In this document: positions 26,392 to 38,104 of the stretch, one piece after another | How positions within the stretch are numbered: the stretch's first letter is position 1 | How the letters are laid out: the number at the start of each line of letters is the position of its first letter | NCBI RefSeq assembly: GCF_004010195.1 | Contig: NC_057718.1 | Span: 41,820,444-41,884,443, forward strand | Source of the DNA: Chiloscyllium plagiosum | Taxonomy: Eukaryota | Direction of reading: 5' to 3' | DNA length: 64,000 nt | Notes under the pieces: generated by a model | What the model saw: only the letters and a program-made list of their open reading frames with translations | Told to the model about the DNA's origin: nothing | Databases searched by the model: none | Program-made: the position numbers and the translations under genes

Positions 26392-28068
26392 AGGGCAGGG
26401 TTCTCCCAGGCTTTGAGTGGCATGCGCAATGATGAGAAAGCTGGAAATATGGTGAGAATGAAAAAATTCGGTTTCTCAACAGATACAAGAAGGGTTTTCC
26501 AATTTTCCCCTGAAGGTTTCAATGGCAAGTTTTGAATCTCAAGAAGTGTGGTGATGCCTTATTCCCATGCATTTGCATTTCATTAATAACTAATCTTGCC
26601 TAATTTTGCATGCTCCCCATTCTCCCCTTCTTGTCTGAGAAACTAGACAGGGTCAATTTTGAACATGGAAGTCAAAGGGTTAGCAGACACCACAGTTTGC
26701 CACTGGACCTTCATCCAACTCCTTCATCACCACCATTTAACTGGGAGCCTCTTAGCTCGCTTCCTTCACTCTCATTCACTCTGGGCTAATTTTGAAGCTG
26801 CCAGCCCCTTGTTGCTTACATTGCTTTTCAGCATACAACGGCTTCAACCCTTACTTACAGGCTGTCAGGTTCTCTGGTGGCATTTTTGTTTAGCAGCAAC
26901 TTGTTTAGCACAGATGTAAACACTGAATTGTCAAGAATGTGGACATTTCATTGTACAGCACCAGGATATATTAATACCACTCCTATAAGCATGTGCCAGC
27001 AGCATATGCAATCAAAAACCTAGCTGTCCTTCAAGCTAATGGCTGTACCTGAAAGTCAAAGGGAATGAGATCTTAGTGGAATGCAGGGTCAGTGGTCAGT
27101 CAGGAGTTTCTGCCACACTCCATCAAGGGCCTGTCCAATCTCAGTCCAGGAATTGGCTGAAGTCTGACAGGCACCTAATCCAACCAGAGTGACCTTGTCG
27201 GGGTGGATCAGTATCTTTGTGATCCAGGGATTAAACCACCATCAGTCCCTGAGGTCTATTGCAGCCAGTTCCAATGTCACTATTTTCTTCTCTTAAGGGA
27301 CAAGGACTCTGGAGTCTACCACCCCTGCTCATCTTGACCTGGTTGCAGGCCAGTGTTCCTTGTAATGAGTCAAGGGGAGTGTTTCAAGACGTTAGAAGTT
27401 GATGGGAGAACAGTTGGTGGTGATGCACGAGCAAGAAAGATGGTGAGGTGGCCCCAGTGAGTAAGAACAGAACACCAAGGGAAGAAGGCGTTGCTGTTTG
27501 TGTGGTGAGCATCGCTGAATGGGGACAATAGTGAGAATTGTAGTCTATGAACCTTGGTCAAAGGCACATGCAGTTAGAATTAGAGTGGGTGGTGGCACTA
27601 TGATAGTGAGGCAGCAGGGAGAGGATGGTGACACCAACCCGAGAAGGGCTCAGAAAATTATTGACCTTTTCAAAAGAGACCTGTGCTGCAATTTCTGTCC
27701 AGGGTGGCTAGGTAACTTGGCATGGCCTCCTATAGTGGTCTGCAGGGAAAAGGGCTGCCTTCTCTTCTGTTAGCACTTCCAGGTCTCTGTCCTGGATGCA
27801 AAGAACTAGCTTACATTTCTTCTGAGACATTTCTTTTAACAGCAGAGGTGAGCTGTGTAGGTTGAGGGCTTGTTCCTGGCTTGCAGCATCTGTCCTGGTG
27901 TGCAGCTGGGCTCTACATTTGGGCCAGAGACATGGAGGGAAGAAGGCCAATAGCAGTGTTGAAACCCCCTGACTTGCTCACCACAATATTCCCTGAGAAA
28001 TGCATACAATATCAAAGTGTTGCATAATCAATGAGGGGAAGGACAGAAATCACACACAAATTTGTCCC
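26392..28068. mobile_element. Decayed DNA transposon relic related to 22420-24912
   Basis: Starts GGGCAGGGTTCTCCC and ends AAATTTGTCCC. Shares the subterminal block ...AATGGCAAG...CATG(C/T)ATTTGCATT(T/C)CATTA. Confidence 0.4.
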
Positions 28069-29008
28069 AAGTCATGGACTGAACATTGTGAACCTCACTT
28101 TCCTGCATACTTCCACAGCTATTGGGAAAATGTTAACTGTTAGCACTGTTTCTCTTTGCAGATGTTGCCTGACCTGCTGAGATTTTCCAGTTTTGTTTTC
28201 TTATTTGTTGCTTTCTTTTTTTCACAATTGTCATGGATTTCTTTTACTTTATTACCTCTGTTGGACATTTCCATTAACTTTATTTCTTTGTTCACTTTTA
28301 TCAAAATGTTGCTTTGAAACAAATATAATTAACATCTGATGTCTTTCTGTTTGCTTGTCCTGCCAAAACCATAAAATATTCACTAAATATTTCACAAAAA
28401 GAGGAATAAGTTTTTGGACTTTAAGAAACGAACAGGGGTCTGGGATTAATTGCATAAATGCTTCTAAGAAAACAAACGGACCAGATTGTTGCTTTCTGTG
28501 CTATTTCATTCTTTGAATCTATAATTTTAAGTCCACTTAAATAGTAAACTCCAGACAATTAAATACTGCCAATGGCTCAGATTGCAATTAAAGATGAACA
28601 GCAATGGGTTATTCCAAGAACTGGGCATTTTTCAACTAACTCGTGGGCTGGCACACAAAATTTAAACAAAACAGATTTATCAGGATGTTGTCAGGAATGG
28701 AGGGTTTAAGTTATAAGGAGAGGCTGGCTATGTTGGGAGTTTTCTCACTGGAACAACGAAGTTTATAAAATTATGAGGGGTATAGATGAGGTGAATGGCA
28801 GGAATCTTTTATCGAGGATGAGGGATTTCAAGACGAGTGGGCATAATCTTAAGGTGAGAGGAGTAAGATTTAAAAAAGACATGGGGGCAATTTTTGTTAC
28901 ATAGAGAGTGGTTTGTGCATTGAATGAACTTCCAAATGAAGTGGTGAATGCGGGTACAGTTGGAACTTTTAAAAGATATTTGGACAAATACATGAACAAG
29001 AAAGACTT

Positions 29009-29578
29009 GAATTGAATTGAATTGAATTAAATTTATCGTCACGTGTACTGAGGCACAGTGAAAAGCTTTGTCTTGTGAGCAATACAGGCAGATCACATAG
29101 TCAAGTAGCATAGATAAGTAAATAATAGGTAAACAGCGGCAAAAACAAAAACACAAGTCTTGGTAAATGTTAAGAGTTTGTGAATCCATTCAGTATTCTA
29201 ACAACAGTAGGGTAGAAACTGTTTCAAAACCGACTGGTGCGTGTGTTCAGGCTTCTGTATCTTCTCCCCGATGGTAGATGTTGTAGAAAACCATTGCCAG
29301 GGATGGATCTTTGAGAATGCTGGTGGCCTTTTCTTGACAGCGGGCCTGGTAGATGGATTCTATAGATGGGAGGTTGGCCTTTGTGATTCTCTGGGCCAAG
29401 TTCGCCACTCTCTGTAACCATCTTGAATGGCACAGTTGCCATACTAGGTAATGATACATCCAGACAGAATGCTCTCGATGGAGCACCTATAAAAGTTGAC
29501 AAGGGTATTCGCCATCATGCCAACTTTCCTCAGCTGCCTGAGGAAGAAGAGATGTTGTTGGGCCTCAGTGCATCCACA
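29009..29578 (-). mobile_element. Rex1/Babar-type LINE 3' fragment
   Basis: LQRVANLAQRITKANLPSIESIYQARCQEKATSILKDPS and LPSGRRYRSLNTRTSRF; (CAATT)n tail at 29009-29030. Confidence 0.85.
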
Positions 29579-29667
29579 TGAAGATTTGGAGGGATGTTGC
29601 CCAGGTATGACTTGTGTAGTTTGGAATTATAGTCAGCATGGACTAGTTGAACTGAAGGAAGTTCAAC

Positions 29668-29779
29668 TTGGCACACTCTCCTCATTCCTAAAGACGGGCT
29701 TACGCCCGAAACGTCAATTCTCCTGCTCCTTGGATGCTGCCTGACCTGCTGCGCTTTTCCAGCAACACATTTTTCAGTG
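29668..29779 (+). mobile_element. Short PLE pLTR insertion with mutated hammerhead (29688-29715) and 15-bp TSD
   Basis: TSD TAGTTGAACTGAAGG at 29644-29658 and 29780-29794. Core CTAAAGA..GAAACGTC carries a G5>A change. Confidence 0.88.
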
Positions 29780-30529
29780 TAGTTGAACTGAAGGGTCTGT
29801 TTCTGTGCCCTATGACTCCATGTCACAATAGATCTCAAAGCATGTTTTTTACAATATAACTACACTTTAAAACATTCTGCTACTTGAAGAAAAGTGGTTA
29901 ACCTCCACAACTGTAGGAAACAATAAGAAAACAAACTGCAACCCAAGGAGTTGCATGTTCAGCAATGGGGCATGGATATGCAACAGCAAAGGAGGTGAGA
30001 TACAGAAATTTAGAGCACAAGAGGGTGCTATTTGGTCCATTGACTGAGAGTTAGTGTTCCATGCCCTAAGTGTGATGGTGAGTATTTTCAAAGACAATGG
30101 ACAGCCTGCATCCACCAACAAGAAAGCCTGCCAGCTCAAGCTCCAATCAGGCCCTTAATGATGAATTACGAGCCTTGATACAGAATCAAGCTGGATGCGA
30201 GTTGATGCTCTGAAGGGCCCATTTATTGACCCCTGAAAGGCCTTAAATCGTGGTAAATTGAGAAGGTTGCCCATAGGCATTCTCATCCACAAGTTAATTG
30301 CTGAGGTGGCATGAAGGAAGGGGGAGCGAGTATCTTTTTGGGGCTAATTCACTCAATCAGTTGCCCTTCTTGCCACCTTTCCCACCACTGCCAGGGAAGG
30401 ATAATTGTGCCCATAGAGTCTGTGGAAAGATTTTCTTAGAATAATCCAATCTTGATCTCACTGATCTGGTATCTTTTCATAGCTGTACATTTTTCTCCAA
30501 CACTGACTGCATCTCTGAAAATATACATC

Positions 30530-30975
30530 AAGGTAAGAGCAGGATTGGACATTTAGCCTCTCAAGGCTTCTCTGAAATTCAATAAGATAATGTCTAGTCT
30601 GACGTTACCTCATTCCAGCTCATCCCTGGCAATCTTTCTCCTCCTGATAACAAAGAATCAATCCACCTCTGCCTTCAAAGCTTTCAAAGACTGAGCTTTC
30701 ACCACCTTTTGAAAAATAGAATTCCAATGATTCACAATTCTCTGAAAGAAAACAAAATGACCTTGTATCTGTTTTAAATGGGTGACGTCTCATTTTGAAA
30801 TGGAGGCTCCTAATTCAAGATTCTCCCACAAGATGAATAGTACTTTCTATATCTACCCTGTCAATTCCCTCAGGATTTTATATATTTCAATCATACCTCC
30901 TCTTCTTGTCAAAACTACAACAGGTACAAATCTTTCAACATAAAAGAATTTGCCCATTCCACGTATTAATCTACT
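30530..30975 (-). mobile_element. Old CR1-clade LINE 3' fragment
   Basis: Reverse strand gives FSFQRIVNHWNL-type and LIEIYKILR-type motifs, plus a CR1 3' UTR. Confidence 0.75.
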
Positions 30976-30977
30976 TA

Positions 30978-31366
30978 GGGGAAGATAATGGCCTAGTAGT
31001 ATTATTGTTAGACTATTCAGGCAAGGGCCTTGATAACACTCTGGGGATCCAGATTTGAATCCTACGAGGGCAGGTGGTAGAGTTTGAATTCAATAAAAAT
31101 CCAGAAACTTGACTTTAATGAAAATCTGTAATTAAGAGTCTAATAGTGACCATGAAACCATTGCCAAATGTTGGAAAAATCTAATGAGTTCACTAATGTC
31201 CTTTAGGGAAGGAAATGCTATCCTTGCCTGGTCTGGCCTACATGTGGCTGTAGACCCACAGCAATGTGGTTGATTCTTAACTGCCCTCTGGGCAACTAGG
31301 GATCGGCAATAAATGCTATTCTAACCAGAACTGCCCTGCAGTCTGTGAATGATTTTTTTAAAAAAA
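30978..31366 (+). mobile_element. Near full-length tRNA-headed SINE with LINE-derived tail
   Basis: A-box-like TGGCCTAGTAGT and B-box-like GATTTGAATCC, central GGAAGGAAAT..CCTGGTCTGGCCTACATGTG, tail GGGCAACTAGGGATCGGCAATAAATGCT and poly(A). Confidence 0.85.
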
Positions 31367-32439
31367 CCTTCTCTGCACTGCTTCTGAAGCATGTGCTTGA
31401 TCAGTTCATTCTCAAAAAATCCTTCAGCTAAAATGTTTTTTTCCTAACCTCTCTTCTTGCTCTTTTCGTGGCTTTTCCAAATTGACTATTTTTTCCCTAT
31501 TCACTATCAAAGCTTGAGAATGCTGGTGGCCTTTTCTTGACAGCAGGCCTGGTAGATGGAACTTTAACATTTTCAAGCAAACAACCCTTTAGCTTTCTTT
31601 TTCTGAAAAAAGGGTGCTAAAGTCTCAAATCTCTCCTCATAACTACAGCTTCTCATAATTTCTATTGGTGAATTCATATTGTCCACTGTCGATAGATTTA
31701 ATGGAAGCCAATGACAGGATGTTCAGAGTTCCCCATATTACTTAACCATGGCCTAATCAATCATCTGTATTAACTTAGTGAGTACTCTGTTCCTATTTAT
31801 AAAACTACAATTCTATGACCTTTTCTATGGCATTATCTAAATTATAAGGAATAATGTACTTGAACATACATCTGTTCAGTCACATCTTTCAATATATGTT
31901 CATTAAGAGTGTATACCCACTCCTTGCTTTTCACAACGGCATTACCTTACCCCTTCAAGCGTTAACTTGGGTTTCCCAATTTTTTTCTCATACTTCTAAC
32001 ATGGCTCTGTATTCCAGAAATCATTGGGAGCCTTTCTGCCTGCCAATTCTCAGGTTTGTGTCAAAGCTATAACTATCAATTGTGAAGAGGGCAGGCCAGT
32101 TTGCAATTAAAATCGCCAATCCTAACGCCAGACTACACAGTGAAGTGAATGAGTAGTGTGCCTTGGCAAACTTCATCTCTTTAATAAAAGGTTAAAATAC
32201 CAAAATAAAACTATGAATTGTAGGGAGGGGCAGGAAAGATGTCACAGAGTTAAGTAACAGTGGGAGAGGAGGAGACATGGGAATAAAATTAGTTAATATA
32301 AAAACTTAGAGAAATATAGCAGTGTGGAAAATAGGAGAATTGAAACTCAAAATTATCTAGCAGCTGGGATTAAAGGCAGAAAGCACTGAGATATGTACAC
32401 ACAAAACATATATATGTAATTATATTTATAAATAAGAGA

Positions 32440-32800
32440 AGATGTTGGTGGAATGGTATTGCTACTGGACTAATAATCCAGAGACCCTTGTTAATGGTCT
32501 GGGGACAATGGCCCCATGGTTAGTGGAATTTAAATTTAATTAATATATCTAGAATATATGGCTCATGAGTAATGGTGACCATAACAACTATCTGTAATTC
32601 TTGTAAAACACCTATTTATTTCAGTAATATCTTTAGGATAAGAAATCCGCCATCCTTACTTATCTTGCCTACTTTGATTCCAGACCTACAACAATGTGGT
32701 TGATGCTTAAATGTCCAGTGAGCCACTCAAGTCAAATGTAATTAGGGATGGGAAACAAATGTTGGCTTTGTCAGTAACACACATCCCATGAAAGAACAAA
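32440..32800 (+). mobile_element. tRNA-headed SINE (same family), diverged
   Basis: Colinear similarity to 30978-31366. Confidence 0.8.
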
Positions 32801-33442
32801 GAAAACAGGGACAAAAAACAGGCAAGAACAAAGTAAATGAAAAATGAGGGAGTGTAAGCATGAAATGTAAATTTAAACAGCATACAGAATGATAATTATA
32901 TTTGTCAATGAGGTGAAAATATGCGCAAGAGAGATGGAGAGAGGCCAAGACACATTGAAAAGACAGTAAAACAACTGTGCTGATTACTCGCTAATCTAGA
33001 CATGCCAACATAATTTATATAAAGTGATAAATGATGCACAAATTAAATGTAAGTACAAGAAATTCAATAGCAAATAAGAGTGTTAGATGAGAATAAATGT
33101 GTATCCTGATTGCCCTCATCTTACATCCACAGGTACTTACTGTTTACGATGAAAATCTGGAATGTGAAATGGGATGGGAATTCCAGTTAATCATTTCTCT
33201 CCTTAGCCCACAACTTCTTGGGCCACCTGTTGCATTGATATTGACACCCTAGCTAAGATTACTCAAAACTGGATATGGTTCAGATCAGGTCTTTTATCAT
33301 CTTGTGACTAATTTCCACATCAAGAAGCACTTACCAGCAGGACTCCATTTCCTCGAGCTATTGGTATTGAGTTTATCACTTACGCCATTGGGCCTGCACT
33401 TACATCAACTAATTTTGGTTTTCACAATGCAACTGTACTTAA

Positions 33443-34052
33443 CTATGGGTATGGAAGGCTTGAGATATAAAAAAATGGTTGGTTAGGCTGGGACTTCTTC
33501 CTTTGGAATGTAGGAGGTTGAGAGGTGACCTGATGGAAGTTTATAAAATAATGAGAGATACAAATTGAGTTAATGGTATTTGTCTTTTCCCTAGGATGGA
33601 GAATTTCAAGATTAGGGGGCACATTTTTAAGGTGAGAGGAGAAAAATTTACAGAAGACATAAGAGGCAATTTTTTTACACAGAGGTTGGTTTGCATGTGG
33701 AATGAACATCCTAAGAAAGTGGTGGATGTGATTACAATTACAACATTTAAAAGACATTTGAATAGATACATGAATAAGAAAGGCTTGGAGGGATATGGGC
33801 AATGAGCAGGCAGGTGGGATTAAAAAGGTAAAAACAATGACTGCAGATGCTGGAAACCAGATTCTGGATCAGTGGTGCTGGAAGAGCACAGCAATTCAGG
33901 CAGCATCCAAGGACAGGCCTGCCCTCGGATGCTGCCTGAATTGCTGTGCTCTTCCAGCACCACTGATCCAGGCAGGTGGGATTAGTTTAGTTTGGGATTA
34001 TCTTCGGCATGGACTGGTTAGACAAGAAGGGCTGTATGACTCTATGACTCTA
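33443..34052 (+). mobile_element. CR1-clade LINE 3' fragment interrupted by a palindromic PLE insertion
   Basis: RGHIFKVRGEKFTEDIRGNFFTQRLVCMWNEHP; (TATGACTC)n tail at 34035-34052. Confidence 0.92.
33823..33968. mobile_element. Inverted (palindromic) PLE pLTR insertion with 16-bp TSD
   Basis: TSD CAGGCAGGTGGGATTA at 33807-33822 and 33969-33984; both arms match 102-141 and 320-373. Confidence 0.9.
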
Positions 34053-34054
34053 TT

Positions 34055-34270
34055 GGATAAACTCAGCCATTCTGGCAGTATCTATGGCGAGAAAGCAGAG
34101 TCAATGTTTCAAGTTTTGTGACCCTAAATCAGAAAAGTCCTATGAAGGGTCATTTGATCCAAAACATTGACTCTACTTTCTCTCCATAGATGCTACTAGA
34201 CCTACTGAGTTTCTCCAGCTATTTCAGTTTTTGTTTCCGATTTCCAACATCCACAATTTGTGGTTTTGTT
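34055..34270. mobile_element. Head-to-head pair of older PLE pLTRs with decayed hammerheads
   Basis: Minus copy CTGATTTAGGGTCA..GAAACATTGACTCT (34103-34132) and plus copy CCTATGAAGGGTCA..AAAACATTGACTCT (34139-34174). Confidence 0.75.
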
Positions 34271-34661
34271 TATTATACCTAACTACTGTTTGGCCTGTTG
34301 TTGTATTATCAACTAAACTTTGAATGAGATTTTTATCAATAGTTTAAGCTGTGATATATTACACCAGCCCACTCCATTGTCCTTATCCAATATGTTTGTA
34401 CTATTTTTCTTCATATGTAAAGTTTCATTCCAAATGATCTGTCATTTTTATTTCTTTCAAGAAATGAACAAAATTACCCAGCCAGACACTTGAGTGGTAA
34501 CAGTTTTCCTCACGATGCGTTGTTGTATATTAACATGCAAGTTATCAGTCACATCATGTGTTCTGACGTCAGAAAGAGCCATTTATCAATTTTATGACAG
34601 TTAGAAGGGTATTACAATGCTGTTTCTTCAGCTATGGTACAAGGTTATTCATCGTATCATA

Positions 34662-34838
34662 CAGTGGACTTTCAATTATCCAACTGTCTCAAGAGACACA
34701 GAATTAGTTTGGATAATTGAGAGTTTGGGTAATTGAAGGGATACGTTTCATTTAATGTAACTATACACCAGTTTGAGCCTTCATTTGGATACCAAGAGCT
34801 TGGGTAATGCATATTTAAATATTTGGAAATGTTCTCTG
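34662..34838. mobile_element. Probable Tc1/mariner (pogo/Tigger-like) MITE
   Basis: TA|CAGTGGACTTTCAATTATCCAA...TTGGAAATGTTCTCTG|TA, with repeated subterminal TTGG(A/G)TAAT motifs. Confidence 0.5.
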
Positions 34839-35692
34839 TATTATATAAATGAGGTACAGTATTCTATTCAATGTTAACTTGACTGGCTAGGAGCATTCAT
34901 TAAATTTAACGTGATGGCTCATTGCATGAAACGTCTTTTAAACAGCAGGCATTGCCTTTGTTACTTCCCTTACAAACTGTTAAAAATGAATCATAATTTG
35001 CATTAGTAGCCTTTTAATTTTTTTTTACTGTATTTCTCTCGAATTTATAACATGTTTTAGGCAGCGATTTCTGATGACAACACTTAGATAACTGATGAGA
35101 AGAAGTCCGTAAACCTACTAGTTTGCAGTTGTTAAACTGCCCAGATCTTTGAAGCACTTTGGCATAATGACTTGTGGGATGTCAGTTCTGTTGTGTAACT
35201 ACACACAATGTCAGTCTCTGTTCCCTAGATACTGTTATCAAAATTTAAAAATAAATAATGCAGTGGAAGAGTGCTAAAGCTGATCTTAATCATTTTTAAC
35301 TGTTCAAACTTCTAAAACTTCAAGCTTCTTCTTTGGTACAGTGCCATCAAACAACTGATGCAAAGGAACATTACATCTATTGTCTTTGTTTCTTTCTCTT
35401 ACATGTGACTATTATTTTAGTCTCTGGAGCTTATGTATTCTGCAACAGCTTTTAGACTTGTGAAAGGGGCTTCTATTGTACAGGGCAGACATCAAAGATC
35501 TGTTAAGTGCATCACCAGAATTGATATGAAACAGATAGACAGATGTTTTATCACAGGTTTTTCCATCATTATATATTAAAAGTGTTACAACAGTGGAACA
35601 AAACAAGACAGGCATAAAGGCTCAAGGTTTTGTTTTACTTTTGTTAGGACACGAAAGCTGTCATTCTTTTTAATGCCATTTGTGCTTTACAA

Positions 35693-35992
35693 TGTGTTAG
35701 CCTGTGTAACAAAATCACAAAGAATCAGGTTCTTGATAGAAAGAAGTCTATTTACAAGACCATCTGCAAGGCTGCAACATTACATATTCACATACATATT
35801 CAAGGTTCCGTGATAACCGACATTACTGCATATTACAAACACATGACTAACTAATTATAACTGACTCCATGACACAGAAAGAGTGACCACAGACAAGACA
35901 GGCACTTTATAGCAGAATATTATATATGATGTCGTGTAACTGACTTAAAAGTAGAGGTATGCCTGATCTGGAATTCCTGTCTTAATATAACA
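35693..35992 (-). mobile_element. 3' LTR of the Gypsy remnant
   Basis: Minus strand TGTTATATTAAG...GCTAACACA (TG..CA), immediately preceded by the purine tract GGAGAATGGAGATGGGA (35993-36009). Confidence 0.75.
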
Positions 35993-36009
35993 TCCCATCT
36001 CCATTCTCC

Positions 36010-38100
36010 TTTTAAGAATAGGAACTGTTTCCAATAACCTGTGCAGGAGTGCATATAGATTTTTAATCTTTATACATTCAGATAACATTGTAGCCGTAGT
36101 GGTGCATTTGTGAGAAAGCTTTGCAAAATTATTTTGAACAGCTTATTTTTTGTTAGTATGTAGGATGATGTGTTTATCAAATAGATGTGTCTGAAGCCAA
36201 TGTATTGTGAAGGCTGGAGTTGTTGTAAGGACATTAGAGACATCAATTGGCTTGTCATCCTATAGTAGTAATGCTCTGAGGATGCACATACTTTCAACAT
36301 GGCGAGCTTGAAAGGATCCTAATATCAAAGACCACATCTAATGGATGATAGAACATTGTTGAGGTTGAGAAATTTGCTGGGGAGCTTCCTGCTGTGTGTA
36401 TGGTGCGCTTTTGTGGAAAATATCTTGAAGAGGAGCGGTTATAACATAAAGCTAAATGAACTGAGAGATTTTTATATGTCACTTGTGTCTCATGGTGTAA
36501 ATATCTTCCGTACAGCTTCTATTTTGGTCATATCAGGTCTAATAACAGCTGCCAAGCAGATTGAACTGAAGAATTTAATTTAGCTCATGTTGATCTGATA
36601 TTTTTTATTGTTGAAAAGATAATCGTGTTTCCTTCCCAATGCTGTGAGCTGATGGAGGATTGGGTCATGTTCACAATTAGTTCTTTCTGAGAACTGTGAT
36701 GTCACCTGATCAGAGGCGACCTGATTGATTCTCGATGATATGATCCATATGTTGTTGGAATGTGTTCTCACTGATGCATAATCCAAATGGCAATCTGAGC
36801 AATCTGAGCAAACATTATCTACCAAGTGGTGTTCTTGGAATTGTCACTTCCTGCGTCTCTGAGGAATAGCCATGTTCAGCATTGAGCCAGGAAAAACACT
36901 CACCATCTCAGAACTCAGGGTCTAAGTATCTTTTTAGTGCATTGGATCTAAACATAATGTCTAGTGCTGTCTTTCTTTCGAACAAAAATAATGGAGATAC
37001 ACATGTCCGATCCTCAATTTTCTGGATAATATTTTGATAGCATGGAATCCAATTCCAATCTGACCTTATACTGAATGTGATTGTTGCAGTTAAGAGGAGG
37101 GTTGACGGTGGATTCAGTATCATCTTTCAGATGCAACACTACATTGTGCGGAAAAGTATTAAGAGTATCAAATTTTCCTGGGAAGAGGCTAGTCAGCTAA
37201 TGGATAGACTCAATCTTGTAGCTTAAAATCTTTGATAATTCAACTGGTTTGTGGTAATGTATGGATCCATGCATATTGGAAAAACAGTGATAGATGGTCC
37301 ATATGTTTCAATGATGTGAATATTTACAGGCATCCATCCTGAGGATCTGTATTGACATTTAAGATGGATGGAATGACAGCCTCATTGTAAGCAGTTAGCT
37401 TATCTTGTATGAACTGCATCATGCTGTTTCAGTTTCCTAAGCATATCTTGACTAAAATGTGTCAAGGGATAATATTTGCATTTGCACCAGTTTTGATATT
37501 GGCTTATCGCACATATTGTTCATTCCTATTGGGGAATGTCACTTGGATTGAGGTAAAGGCTTCAACTTTTCGGATAGCATCAATGAGATGTGTCAAGCTT
37601 ATCCCATGTACTAACTGGCTGGGGTCTGTAAACTGTGAGATTACAGATAGTTCTTGGACGTCATTGACATGTTTATATCGGAACCTTTTTTGACATTTCT
37701 CCTCAGTTGGTTCTGATTCACATGATGCTGTAGAATTCTGTACTGTACTGTGAGTTTCTCTGGGTGATTGGACTTCCAACACATTTTAACACAGTGTCCT
37801 CTAATGGAACATAGTCTGCATATGTCAAAGATGCTACACACCGTCTTGGTTATTGAGATAGACCACATTTCAGTCAAGGCTTGAATGTTCTACTGAACTT
37901 ATTGCTATCTGTATAGTTTGTTCCAGAGTTGCCTATCATTCTTCCTCAGCTATCTCTGGTCCATAAAATAACGATCGATTCTTTCTTTATATAATTGAAA
38001 ATTGGAGAGAATGTCGATGGACTATTGATCCATTGTTAGATGTTTGCTTTCCATTTTTATTGCAATCTTTAAGCTTTTTCAAATGTCAGAATGAAACTCT
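36010..38100 (-). mobile_element. Decayed Ty3/Gypsy gag-pol remnant (zinc knuckle, protease, RT, RNase H; no integrase)
   Basis: CRLCSIRGHCVKMC CCHC knuckle (~37779-37820); IKTGANANIIP, a degenerate D(T/S)G protease motif (~37465-37500); KLTAYN; LCLDPMH; FSWLNAEHGY; RLPFGLCISENTFQQHMD; IRPDMTKIEAVRK; DDKPI; NAPLRLQ. Many stops and frameshifts. Confidence 0.9.
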
Positions 38101-38104
38101 GGAT

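Larger units (their letters stand above)
28670..29822 (+). mobile_element. CR1-clade LINE 3' fragment carrying nested Rex1-like and PLE insertions
   Basis: MEGLSYKERL..., VYKIMRGID and NELP motifs at 28670-29008; resumes at about 29581 and ends in a CTATGACTC tail. Confidence 0.88.

Noticed and set aside
35093..35115. CTGATGAG as another hammerhead
   Set aside because: No stem II or correctly placed GAAA follows; the same applies to CTGATGAA at about 57523.
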